From contig OX597821.1 of the NCBI GenBank assembly GCA_951406725.2, positions 115,196,001-115,260,000 of the forward strand: a DNA stretch of 64,000 nt, in the 5' to 3' direction. Of the stretch, positions 12,331-25,425 are shown one piece after another. Within the stretch, counting starts at the first letter, position 1, and each line of letters starts with the position of its first letter. A model generated the notes under the pieces. The model was not told the DNA's origin. It ran no database searches and was given only the letters and a program-made list of their open reading frames with translations. The position numbers and the translations under genes are program-made. Source of the stretch: Octopus vulgaris. Its lineage: Eukaryota.

Positions 12331-13129
12331 TGTTTAATTTCACCGATTCTTGTAGGAAAACCATACCAGCTTCTTTTATTCTTTTCGTCGATAATTTTCC
12401 TCACACTTTCAACGTAGTTATCTCCCCTTTATTACTTTTCATAAACGCCTCTTGGGAATTTACCATTCCATTAAAAGCCTTACATTTTAATAACTGGATA
12501 GTCGGTGGGGAAGCGTCCGAATTTATATTCAATCAACGAGTTTTACTAAAGATTTGATAACTGTTTCAACTCACAGTATTGGAACTGTATTAATTCTTTG
12601 AGATTAAATTCTTCCTTATGCCATGGGTCAGAAAACAGTTCTTGAAAAATATCTGTAAATCCTTGTATTGTTACTCATTATTGAACCATTACTACATTGC
12701 ACTTCTCTGTAAATAACTTCTTGGAAATACCATTTATATATATTTTTACACATTTCCTAGAAAATCAGTGAGATGTTTTACACACCTTTATTTTATAATT
12801 CATATCACATCCATAGTTATTAAATCTGTGTCTGGTCATTATATAAATAGATACATAGATAGATATGTGGTGCACCTGAGCACTGTATACAATAATTTCA
12901 TTATTATATAGATATAGTTAGGTCCATGTTTGTAGACTTTTGCTATTGGACTCATAGGAAACTGGTAAATGTAAGTAAAAGAATGGAAATCCATTATGTA
13001 ACTCCATGTGTAGTATTTTGAGGAGCAAGAATTCCCATAGCAGCATTGTGTAGGAAACGATATTGAAATTACAAGTTTCCTCTTCGGAACCAGATAATAA
13101 TAATTTTTCCTCAGAACCAACTGATTGGA

Positions 13130-13620
13130 AGTGTTATCATGTACATTATTTTGTCTTGGTATAAAAGATATAAAAGATGGGCTACAGCAAATATTCTGCT
13201 CAATACCACAGATTTGCTTGACCTTGACCAGTTGGGCATGTCCCTTTGTGGTTGACGATATGTGCATCTCTGATCACGAGCAGAAGTAGTGGGGGAACAT
13301 GCGTTGAGAGGAATTCTTTGGGGTTTGGATAATTCACCTCTGGAAACATGGGTGTTTCGTTCAACATCCTTAAACAACCCTTATTCAAGGACCTTTTGAG
13401 TGGGATGGGTTACTCAACCTAAAGAAAATTTTAACTGGGCCCCACCTGCAAGGTCATGTATTGTTTATCTTGATATGACATCACCATGCCACGTACACAT
13501 GGTTGGTGTACCGTTATGAGACGGGTAGTCATTATGGGTATACTGGGCTTCATATATTTGACCCCAGTGTCACTTTGATGGCATGCACAGCTCTCACACT
13601 CAACAATAATAATAATAATT
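13130..13620 (+). mobile_element. Retroposon 3' end or SINE with (AAT)n tail
   Basis: A reverse-complement copy lies at about 18435-18960. That copy is interrupted by a SINE flanked by the duplication aatatatga (18511-18519 and 18731-18739). Confidence 0.65.
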
Positions 13621-13684
13621 TATTTCTGAGTCAGTTGTTGAACTCTTTGTAGAGCTGAAGTGTGACCCACAAAAGAATATTGCT

Positions 13685-13726
<42 letters not shown>

Positions 13727-14620
13727 ATATATATCTGCCATACACACACAGAGGATAGTGCTGCTGTTATTTACACAACTATTCCGACTGACTGGTGAAA
13801 AAAAAATCTACTCAGCAACCTGTTATAGTAAACTGGCCCACAGACCTCCTCTCTCTCTCTCACTCCAACACTGCTGCTGCTGCTATAATGGGCCTTACCC
13901 CTCAGAACTCCCTAGCTACCAACCATCACTACCTAGGCTGCTCAAACCCATGTTTCTTCTTGTTATCCCTTTTCTCTTTCATATTCCAAGCCCCAAAATT
14001 AATATTTTGTGTAGATCATCCTACCCGCGACTACAACTCTTTGGAACTTTATTCTTAAATTACTTAAACCTCTGCCAAATAGGTTTGGCCAAAATCTAGA
14101 ATCTCCTCCAAGACATATTTCCATTTTAACTAACAAAGATTTTTAATGTTTTCTTAGATTTCTCTGAAAACTCTGTCCAATATTCATATATTCCATGGAA
14201 CATTATTCTATATCTGTATAAGAATAGGCTAGTCCCTCTACTGAGCTTATGACTTGCTTGGCATTACAGGGGCCAGTAGGCACAAGATTATCTGGTTGGC
14301 TGTGGGGGGCACAGCAGAGGCTGTGTTAGGGTGGCTGTGGCTGAGGAGATGTGAACCCTTGAAAGAGTAGTGCTACAAAGGGCTAAATGCTAACTAACCA
14401 CAAAATGGAGCCTGATCACTCCCAGCTGATGATGTGTCCAGGGAAATTCCAGGATGATGTCGAGAAAACTGACTTCTCTTGAGTTCATAAAGTATTTCAT
14501 CAAATTTTGTGTGGTAAACATGAAAGATTTAAAGGAAATATTTGGTCCTTATTTTCATATTTATTATTTATATTATGGGAGTCCCTCAATATTACCTTAT
14601 CAACAGGAGGAAGGTGCTTT

Positions 14621-15440
14621 TAATAATAATAATAATAATAATAATAATTGTGTACAGTGCTCAGGTGCACTACAACTCATCTAAAGTGTATATATAATCA
14701 GGTGTAGTTTCGGCGGATTTCGGAAAGCATGAGGGCCTTAAAAGATGCAGTGTCATGGCAGTCAACAACTGACGCAGGCAGTTTATTCCATGCTTCAGCA
14801 ACTCTGAGCGTGAAAAAATGTTTCCGAAAGTCATGGGAGCTGTGCTGTTTTCTGACTTTGTAGGCATGTCCACGTGTGTTAGACACATGGAGATCAAAAA
14901 GGTGTTCAGTGTTGTTGTTGGTGAGGTGGTTGATAACTTTGTGGGTGTTTACCAAGTCCGTCGCCAAACGCCGGAGCTTCAGTGAATCCATGCCCAGGGA
15001 AACAAGTCGCTCAGAATATGGTAGGTGTCTGATGGAGGGTATGCGTTTGGTTGCACGTCTCTGGACAGATTCCAGGAGGTCAATGTTCTGTGCAAGATAG
15101 GGGTTCCAAACTGATGATGCGAATTCCAAGTGTGGTCGTACCATAGCTGTATACAGTTTTAAATAGATGGCTGGAGAGCGGCTAACAAAAGACCTGCTGA
15201 GTGATGCCAAGACACCCTCGGCCTTCCTGACAATCTTAGAGATATGCTTTGACCAACGCAAATCACTGCTGACAGTGATGCCTAGGTCACGCTCGCAAGA
15301 GGATTTCTTGATATCAGTGTTGTGGAGGGAGTAAGTGAACGCAGGGTTTTTTCTCCCCAAAATGCATGGTGGTACACTTGTCCACAGCCAGTTTCAGTTG
15401 CCAGTCTGTGATCCATTGCTGCATTGTGTCTAGGTCTGAT
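14621..15440 (-). mobile_element. CR1-like LINE 3' portion (RT C-terminus) with (TTA)n tail
   Basis: ORF 14698-15360 reads ERDLGITVSSDLRWSKHI...LYTAMVRPHLEFASSVWNPYL...FFTLRVAEAWNKLP. Confidence 0.93.
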
Positions 15441-15929
15441 GGAAACATGTTGAAGCTGCTACTCGTCCCTGGGCCATGAACGAGATATGAAGTAAACTTA
15501 AATTTCAGAGTTGTGGCCCTTGGCTAAGGACAGAATAATGACTCCACCAAGGAGGGAGCTGCATACTGTCACTGGTTGTTAACCCGAACAGTATTGGTCC
15601 TTGAAGCTGTTTTGAGTTTATGAAAGGGCTGCAGATGTCAAGGGTAAATAATGGGGTGCACTGGGCATTTACAGTTGGTATTTTTTTTTTTTTAGAAATA
15701 TATTTGTGCAATAAATAGAGATCTGGTGACAGGTATGGGCAATGATGTTCTCTGGGAAAATTTGTCAACAGGAATGAAATAGTTGGTCTGTTTCTGATGA
15801 ATTTCAGGCTGGGAATTACCGTGGATGACATCTAGAAATCCCTTGCCTAGCAGTGCTACTGAGAGCCACTGGCAGTTCGCATGGAAGTGTTGCCATGTGC
15901 TGTTCATTCAAAGAGTTCCTTCCATAGCA

Positions 15930-16153
15930 CCCTCTCGTTACTGTATTTCTGTTGAGATGCTCTGTGTTTCTTTCAATTATTACTTTAAATATAACAAAGA
16001 ATTTAATAAAATAACTTAGTTATCATTCAGCTAGTGTTAGGAACATAAAGTGTGACTAACTTTTGGTGGAAGATTTTAATTCAGAACTTTTCAAAGTAAG
16101 ATATTTGTACTACAGAGCCAGATCTGGTTTCAACCAGGCTGGTAATGAAAGGG
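15930..16153 (+). mobile_element. piggyBac-like MITE
   Basis: Ends ccctctcgttac...ggtaatgaaaggg|tta; the body is closely similar to 42598-42813. Confidence 0.7.
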
Positions 16154-16202
16154 TTACATAGCCTTACATTCCATTTTGGGTCATCTGGTTATCAAAACCT
16201 CT

Positions 16203-16234
<32 letters not shown>

Positions 16235-17528
16235 ATACAAATAAGAAAATGGAGGAACAGATTCATTTCAATCATCGACTTACAGATATTACCGATTCAT
16301 AGGGTGCTTCACCAGCAGTATATTGGAGAACTGATATTCCATAGTGGGTTACACTCATAACCCCTATCTCACTTTGTACTATATACATACATATATATAT
16401 ACAGGTGAGTATGTGTTAGTGTGTGCTCTTGTCTTGACATCATTTGATGGTTGTAATTGTGAATCACCATATCACGCAAATGATGTTGTGCGTTTCCAGC
16501 CTTTCATGTCTAACCAAGGGGAAATACTATTTTACTTGGAGACAGGTAAATGTTTGTGACAGGAAGAGCCTCAACAAATTCCATAGACTATCAAATTCTG
16601 TTACATATTGCTGGTCACAATACGTTTTGCATTGTTTTAGCCTTTGAACGATGCTACCCCGCTGGTTAAGTGAGCAGACCAAAGTTCCCCCTGAACAGAA
16701 CATCATTCCACCAAGAGGTGACCCATTTGCAGCCAAGTGGACTGGAGCAACGTGATATGAAGGGTTTTGCTCTAGAACATAAGGCACAGCTGATCTGAGA
16801 ATCGAAACCATGTCCTCGCGATCGTCAGTATACCCTAACAGCTAGATCACACGCCTATAAATACGAGTGAGCAAATAAAAGTAGCACTCAATACGTTTTA
16901 GTTGGACAGTCAAACTTATCAACTGTATGAAACATTTTTGAAGAGTTACTTCCCTTTAAACTATGCGTTTCATTGTTTAACGATACCATTTTCTTCTTTC
17001 GTATTTTAAGATTGATCTATTTGCCATCTGGAATTTCGTCAGGGGCTCTGAGCCCCCTTCCAGTTGGGTGGTGCTAGTGGTAGTAGTTCTACATTAGCAA
17101 TATTTAGGGGCCTCGGGCAGGTACGAGTGATGACGTTTTCTTTGGGAAACCTTGAGCGTCAACGAGGATAAACTTGTTGGTCCGTTTCTGATGATTTTCA
17201 AGCTGGGAACCACCAAAGATAACATCAGAAATCCCTGGCTTAGCCAGGCTGCTGGGGTGCACTGCTTGTTGGCGATAAACACTATTGACGTGGAAGGTTG
17301 CCAGGTAACACTGCCCCTGATGCCATGGTGTGGCATGAACCTATACTGCATGCATTTAGTCAGTGTCTGAGCATTGTTGACTCATGGAGTTGTATCAGAT
17401 AGCTGTGGTTGTGTGGGGAATGAGTCCAACACTGAGCTAAACGCATTGTGAAGATCGCCCCTGCCACCCATCTTAAACTAGGCTGGGCAAATCGTGTTCC
17501 TTTGTTCATGACTGTTGCATAAGACGTT

Positions 17529-17967
17529 ATAATAATAATAATAATAATAATAATGAAATAATTGTATACAGTGCTCAGGTGCACCACAACTTGTCAGAAA
17601 GTGCGTATAAAGCATATGCAGTAATGTACAAATGTCTGGGAAGTGAACAATGCATGAGTCAGATACATGCTTGCGTGTGTATGGAGGGGAGAAAATCAGG
17701 TGTAGTGTTGGCGAATCTCAGAAAGCATGGAAGTTTTGAAGGATGCAGTGCTCCGACAACTAACTGATGCTGGCAGTCTGTCCCATGCTTCAGCAACTCT
17801 CAGCGTTAAAAAATGTTTCCGAAAGTCATGGGAGCTGTGTTGTTTTCTGACTTTGTAAACATGTCCACGGGTGTTAGACAGGTGGAGTTTGAAAAGGTGC
17901 TCAGAGTCATTGTTTGTAAGATGGTTAATAATTTTATGGGTGTCTGCCAAGTCAGCTGCCAGACGTG
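17529..17967 (-). mobile_element. CR1-like LINE 3' fragment
   Basis: ORF 17696-18016 includes RLAADLADTHKIINHL...HFLTLRVAEAWDRLP; (AAT)n tail on the + strand. Confidence 0.9.
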
Positions 17968-18433
17968 ACAAATGAAGCTGAAGGGATAGAGAAAAGACAC
18001 CTTCCTTCCTGGTCAAGCTCTCATCAGTTTTCTTTTAAGCTGCACCTTGAATGTAAAATGAGGAGAGAAAGGGAAGTTCTAGCTCCCAGTGAATTTGTAA
18101 AAAGATGGGTGACTGTAGCAAAACTGGTTTAGAGTGAATGGTCCTACACTAAACCTGCACCTGTATGTTGGAGAGCAGGAGAGAGGGATCAGAATTTTGG
18201 TGGTCAGGGTAGTCGTGGAACTGTGGGGTTCCTTGATTGACCCTAGTTGGAATTTCTCCTTTAATCAGGAGGATTACATCATTCATGCTATTACTTTGTA
18301 TCTATACTTTTATTGCATTTCACTCTCTTTTCCATTTCTTTTTCACCCATCATTTTTCTTAATCCCCACAAAAATTGTTGTCTGCCTTTGTGATTTCCCT
18401 CTCATCTATGTCCCTGTGGCTAATAAAAAAGAA

Positions 18434-18466
<33 letters not shown>

Positions 18467-19245
18467 GAGTAAGAGAGCAGCATACACCATCAAAGTGACA
18501 CTGGGATACCAATATATGAGCTGGCACAATCGTTAGCATGCTGGACGAAATGCTTAGCGGTATTTTGTCTGCCATTATGTTATGAGTTCAAATTCCGCCA
18601 AGGTTCACTGCTTTTAATCCTTTTGAGGTCAATTAAATAAGTACCAATTACACACTGGGGTCGATATAATCGACTTAATCCCTTTGTTTGTCCTCTCTAT
18701 GTTTAGCCCCCTGTGGGCAATAAAGAAATAAATATATGAAGCTCAATATATTCATCATGACAACCTGTATGATAAGGGTGCACCAGGCACATGCATCACA
18801 ACCACATGTGTGTAACATGGTGATCTCATATCAAGATAAACAGCACATGACCTTGCAGGTGGGGCCCAGTAAGAATTTTCTTTAGGTCGAGTAGCCTATA
18901 CCGCTCAAATGGTCTCTGAATAAGGGTTGTTTAAGGATGATGAATGAAACACCCATGTCGCCACTATTATTATTATTATTATCAACTATTATTATTAAAT
19001 ATTATTATTAGATATTATTATTGAAAGGTAGCAAGCTGGCAGAAATGTTAGCATGCCAAGTGAAATGCTTAGCAGTTTTTTGTCTGTCTTTACATTCTGA
19101 GTTCAAATTCCGCTGAGGTTGACTTTGCCTTTCATCCTTTTGGAGTTGATAAATTAAGTACCAGTTGCGTACTGTGGTCGATCTAATCGACTGTTCTGCC
19201 TCCCCTCCCTCCCCAATTTCAGGTCTTGTGCCTAGAGTAGAAAAG

Positions 19246-19287
<42 letters not shown>

Positions 19288-19669
19288 GAGAAATCTCCAT
19301 ACCTAACAGTTAGAGTATTCTTCCTGAAAGTCTTCAGACTCATCATAAAGGATCTTCACTCTGTTTCTGTTGGAATTACCAACAGACGATTCAGCTCTCC
19401 CTAAATTTCTGGAAGAGTTTCAGTGAGAACCAGACATTATCCCTTGTCCACAGATTTAATGAAAATTAGATTTTGATATTTTCCATTGCTTTACCTGTAA
19501 GAAAATAGAAAGAATCTTAACTGTGTGTGTGTGTAAATCTTTATTAGAGGTGTTTAAAACCTCTAAGTGATGGTTAAATCCAAAGGCACTCCTGGTGATT
19601 ACTTGCGTAGATACAGTCCTTGGTAAAAGGTATACAGTAGCAGGTAATTCAACATGTATATGCATAATT

Positions 19670-19700
<31 letters not shown>

Positions 19701-19714
19701 GGAAAATATTGAGA

Positions 19715-20240
19715 GAGAGTTTCTATAATTTTGGTGACCCCTAATTAGCAGTGAAGGAGAGTGCTCTGAAAGTATGGTTGTTGGAATATAAACCAACCAG
19801 TGAAAGTTCTGAGAGATATTGCCCTTCTTCATAACAAAGGGTCTCTCTACCAGAGTGAAAGGCATATTGTATGATGCTTGTGTACAAACAGCAATGCCAT
19901 GTGGTAGTGAAATGTGGGCTCTGAATACAGAGAACATGTGAAGAAATGAAATTAGTGTGCATGTGTAAAGTGCAAATGTGTTGAGAGAAAAGTTGGACAT
20001 AAGAGGAATCAGTTAAAGTGTGCAGGAGAGAAGCCTGTACTCCTGTGGTCTTGTGATGCGAATGGATGGGGACTGCTGCATAAAGCAGTGCCAACTGCAA
20101 AATGTAGATGACAGTTATAGAAGAGGGAGACCCAGGAAGACATGTGACAAAGTAGTGAAGTTTGACCTCAAGTTGTTGAGCCTCACAGAGATGAGAAAAG
20201 AGTAAGAATAATGACAATTTGCTGTGCTTGAGAAAAGCCA
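19715..20240 (+). mobile_element. Decayed RTE LINE 3' fragment
   Basis: Homologous to 280-830 in inverted orientation; carries the RRGRPRKTCDKVVK motif. Confidence 0.85.
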
Positions 20241-22064
20241 TTCCTCTCATTAAAAAACGAGGTCTTAAAAGCACATGGTCAGTGTCCCTTCACTTGCCAA
20301 GCTGTACCCGTCAATGCTTCCCAGTTACTAAACATTCTCCACTACCTCAACCCTATAACTATGGCACTGTTTCTCAGCTGCTTTCATTATACAAGAGTAG
20401 AACTACACATATTCCTCTTCTTTTAGTACTACCAGGAATTTCTATTCTTAGAACTACTCATCTTGCTGCCCATCCCATACTTCCGACATCATCCTTTACC
20501 ATTTCCCTCAACACCCTCCCATCCCTGCCACTGATGTCCTCTTTTCATTACTCACAATTTCCCCCCACCCCCATGCCTAATTGACCTCCTGAATTTTCTG
20601 ACTCTATTCTTTCTTATATTAACACCCTTGTACCTTGAGGGTATGCCCTGGTACTGCACCGCTACCCTTCTTTCTCCCTTTCCTGCTGGGGTAGCCATAT
20701 ATCTCCTCTACAGTAACACACTTGTTCCCTTCCCTCTCTCCTACTTTGACCTTTCTACACCTTGTACAAAGCTGTCACCCTTCATATTGCTCCCTAACTC
20801 TGTTAAGGGGTTTTGTCTTGTGAGTTACTTGCTTACCCTAACAGTGCTGGTGCCATGAAAAAAAAAAACCCTACTCATACAACCTAGAAATCTTGCCAAA
20901 CCAAACACTGAGACCAGCACAACCCTCAGGTTAGTTGGTTCTTGTTGAGCTGCCCAACACATACCATGGTGATGATATATGTGTATGTATATAGATTTTT
21001 ATGTATTCATGTGTGTATGTGTGTGCATTTCTTTAATTTACATTCATTTTTCTATGCTTGCATGGGTTAGATGAATACATTATTGAAACCTTCTTTTACA
21101 CTTGGGTCCCTTTCCTGTTGCTAACCTGTATCCGTTTTTCTAGGACAGGATCTCATTTCATTTCTGTGAAGGAAGAAAAGTGGTAGCGTTGGTACCACTT
21201 GTAGAGACTGTCTTGGAGTGCAAGCACTCACACACACACACAAGTGGTTCTTTTCCCTTCTCATCTTGTTGCTAAATAGTTTGTGACTTTAAGTAATTAT
21301 TTAAAAGCTATGTTTTATGCAATAAATATGTCACTCGCTTTCATGACGACGATGTTGCTGCTGCTGCTGCTGCTGCTGCTGGTTGTTAAGCTGTTAAGAG
21401 AAGTGAGAAAGCTGAATTTAAAATTTGAATTACTGCAAATTGTGTCATCCTCCTCCCTCAGTGCTTCATTTCTGTTACTAATACCCCAGGGGTAGAATGA
21501 ACGGATGACATAGATGATCATTAACAGCTCGTTAAAAATCTGTTCATACAAGTGTAATGAGAGGCAGCAATAAACTGATGGCAGTATTTGGTTTTGAAAT
21601 TTAAATCTGAATTTATAAGAAATATTGATTTCAAATTTTGGCACAACGCCAGCAATTTTAGGGGAGGAGTTAAATCAATATCCAGAAAGAATGAAAGTGA
21701 AAGTTGACCTCCATGGCATTTGAACTCAGAACATAAAGAGACAAGCATTTTGTCTGGCTTGCTAATGATTCTGCCACCATGCTATATTCATGATGATGAT
21801 GATAATCCTTTTTGCTATACGCACAAGGCCTGAAATTTGAGGGATGGGGAGTGGGTAGTCGATTACATTGACCCCAGTACTCAGTTGGTACTTATTCCAT
21901 CGACCCCCGAAAAGGATGAAAGGCAAAGTTGACCTCAGCAGAATTTGAACTCAGAACCTGAAGATGTATGAAATGCCTTTAAGTATTCCACCCAGTATGG
22001 TAACAATTCTGCCAGCTTGCTGCCTTATTATTATCATTAATAATAATAATAATAATAATAATCA

Positions 22065-22520
22065 TCATCATCATTGTCATTTAGCGTCCGTTTTCCATGC
22101 TAGCACGGCTTGGACGGTTCGACTGGGGTCTGGGAAGCCAGGAGGCTGCACCAGGCTCCAGTCTGATCTGTCACAGTTTCTACAGCTGGATGCCCTTCCT
22201 AACGTCAACCACTCCGTCAGTGTAGTGGGTGCTTTTTACGTGCCACCGGCACAGGTGCCAGGGGAGGCTGGCAGTGGCCACAATCGGTTGGTGCTTTTTA
22301 CGTGCCACCAGCACAGAAGCCAGACAAGGCGGCACTGGCATCGGCCACGTTTGGATGGTGCTTTTTACATGCCACCGGCACAGGTATCACAACTACAATT
22401 TCCATTTGATATTTATTTTGATGTTGATGTACTTGACTCAATAGGTCTCCTCAAGCACAGCAGGTCATGTGCCACCGGCACAGAAGCCAGTCAAGGTGGC
22501 GCTGGCATCGGCCATGTTAA
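22065..22520 (-). mobile_element. SINE or non-autonomous element with (GAT)n tail and internal ~60-bp repeats
   Basis: Shared segment cagctggatgcccttcctaacg...gtgctttttacgtgccaccggcac; other copies at 27940-28330(+), 48500-48750(+), 49850-50200(-) and 60893-61240(-), plus many short ends. Confidence 0.8.
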
Positions 22521-23378
22521 TAATAATAACAATAATAATGGTAGTAATGATTTCAAATTTTGGAACAAGGCCAGTAGTTTTAGGGGAGGCGGTAAGTTGA
22601 TTATATTGATCCCTACCCCCAGTGGTCAACTAGTGGTTATTTAGACCCATGTGGTTCAGCCTGCCTGCCACCTTATATTTATAAGGAATATTAAAATATT
22701 ATCCCCCTAAAAAAAAAAATAGATAGTTTGTATCTAACTCAAAGCTAATCTCACTCTTCTCCGTTAACCATGATGCCGGGTTTCACCAAGAATTCTGAAA
22801 CTACTCAACTGTGATGCTAAATGTCTTTTTGTCAGTAAAAGATAAACTCCCATGATGCTCTTTTCACCCCCACCCACCCCTCTTGCTCCAAATTCTGCAT
22901 TGATTACAGTAATTCCAATTATTTTTCTGCATCATTGAACATTTATGTTTTGTCTGATTCTTCTTTGGCTGTCCTCACCAAAATCAATATTCTTCTAATT
23001 TGGTTGTTTTCTTTCTTTTTGTTCCTTTGTTTGTTTGTTTTGTTTTTTCTTCTATTAATTAAAAAAATAAATAAACACCCAAAGAAATAAAAACCGTTGT
23101 CTTCATTGCAGAGAACTTCAGAAATTTATTTATTTGTTTATATTTGTTTTGTTTTTTTTCTATTTTTATTGTAGAAGATTCTTGAAGAGTTAGGTTTTGG
23201 TCAAATGGTAAAAGTAAGTCCACTGCTATGATCAAATGTATTTTAGCTTGACCACTCAACTGTCCATTAGCCTAACATGCATTGTCCCTAGTTTTCCAAA
23301 CCAAACAGATGACCATTCTTCTGGTTCTCCTTCTGCTTTTCTCCAACTAAATAAAATGCATTCTACAAATGATTGCCT

Positions 23379-23710
23379 TTGATACTCCTTAAAATCAGAA
23401 TCCTTAATACTCACCTTAATAATCTCAATATTCCTTGATACTCCTATAATGACATGTTTTATACTCACCATCTACCTTGAAACTCCTTATAACAAGAATC
23501 TTTACACTCACCATAATAAATTTGATGTCTCCTTTAATACTCCTTATAACAGTCTTTTATACTCACCGTAGCAAACTCTATATCTATGCTGATACTCTTC
23601 GTAATAACAATTGTATACTCACCATAATCATTCAATGTCTATCTTGATACTCCTTATAACAATGCTGTACCCACAATATTAAACTATATTTCTTTTAACA
23701 TGCTTCCATA
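23379..23710. repeat. Degenerate minisatellite, ~55-bp unit, about 6-7 copies
   Basis: Recurrent ttgatactccttataac...tatactcacc. Confidence 0.7.
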
Positions 23711-25425
23711 GATTGTTCTGGTGTAACTCTATGGATTGGCCTGACTCAAGAGGCTGAGGGTGGACATGGAATGTGTAAATCAGTTAAACTCACAAGATGC
23801 AATAATTTAAACACCGTATCTCAACATACATAGGTGTAGGCATGGCTGTGTGGTAAGAAGTTTGCTTCCCAACCACATGGTTCTGGGTTCAGACCCACTG
23901 TGTGACACCTTAGGTAAGTGTCTTCTAGTATAACCTTGGGACAACCAAAACCTTGTGAGTGGATTTGTAAACGGAAACTGAAAGAAGCCTGTCAAATATA
24001 TTCATGTATGAGTACATGTCTGTGTTTATCACCCACCACCACTTGACAACTGCTGTTGGTGTGTTTCCATCCACCATAACTTAGCAGTTAGATAAAAGAG
24101 ACTGATATGAGTACCAGGTGTTTTTAAGAAAACTAAAGTCCCAGGGTTGATTCATTCGACTAAATTTCTCCAAGATGGTGCTCCAGCATGACCACAGTCT
24201 AATGATTCAAACAAGTAAAACCTAAATGCTAAAGACATTGACCTGACCTGAAGACTCTTAGAATGGTTGAATCATGCAAGTCAGCCCCGATTGGGTTTGC
24301 TATGTCGGTTCATGTTGGCTTTGCCTTGTTTCCAATGGCTGATCAGTGAAATCAATATCGATTGACCTGATAAATCTGCATAAAACATCTGCATGAACTG
24401 CCCCAGAAAGTCAATACAAGTTAATTGAACATTATCTGCATGGGTTCATTTTACAAATCAACATTATTCGACCTTGCAAACTGGTCAAAGTTCACCCAGC
24501 AAATCTGAATGAAATATTTCAACATCTTTGTTGAGGCTGACCTGGAAAATCTGACTGCGTTGGTCACTATGGATTGGTTTTGCATGTCACTATTATGATA
24601 ACTTTTTATGTTGTGTTTCTTTTGTCCATTTTCCACAATGACCTTGTACTAACCAACAGTTCCCTAATTAGTACTTTATCTTTAGATATAATTTCAAACA
24701 CTTAATCCTTAGATATTAATCCAAGTAACTTATTAAACTGAATTTTTCATAATTAACAATGCTTTTCTTTTTTTTCTTAATGAATCTCTTTGGTCTTAAT
24801 ATGTTCTGGCAGATTTGAATGTGAATATCTGATTGCTGTCGTTTTTGCATCATGGAACACACATCGTTTGATGCGAAGAGGTGTTCTTGAATGATATTAA
24901 ACAAGAGGGATCAACATTTTCACATTGCAATCTGCTAAAACTTATTAAGAATGAAGAGAGACGCTATTCTTTGGATTCTCGCTGCTGTGCTTGCATCCCA
25001 TGAATAATTATCTGTTTGGCAGACATCAGCGTACATCAGCAAATAATTTGTTTTGCTGATTCCTATAAACAAAAAAAACAACCCGTGCTCTTGTGAGATT
25101 CCTTGGTCTGGTGGGGTGGCTTTCACTGAAGAGATGAACAAGGCTGAAATATCGCTGTGTCTTGAAATCCCGTTCCGCTGGTGAATCGTGTGTTAGGATC
25201 ATGCATTAACCAAAGAAAGAAAATGTTCTCTGTTGACAAAAGCAACAACAATTGACATCTTTATTTTGGAATCCACCAGAATGTATCAAAAATAGATATG
25301 TTGTTGTTTGGATTCTTCCTCTTTTGCATGCAGCTCTTGAAATTTTTTCTTCTCTTGTATTAAATCCATTCTCATATTTCCAATTATTTCTATTTCTTCT
25401 TCCAAAAAAAAAATTGGTAAATCAA

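Noticed and set aside
15690-17350. CTGATGA motifs at about 15794 and 17188 in two related repeat copies
   Set aside because: No stem II/GAAA/NUH topology; they appear to be copies of an unclassified repeat.
19305-19345. Minus-strand gagt CTGAAGA ct-ttc-ag GAAG
   Set aside because: Only a 2-bp stem II and a non-consensus core; expected by chance.
21964-22644. 226-aa ORF
   Set aside because: It runs through SINE and simple-repeat sequence and has no protein-family motifs.
24440-25250. Non-repetitive, somewhat coding-like stretch
   Set aside because: Only short open frames, no recognisable motif and no convincing splice pair in phase with the gene.
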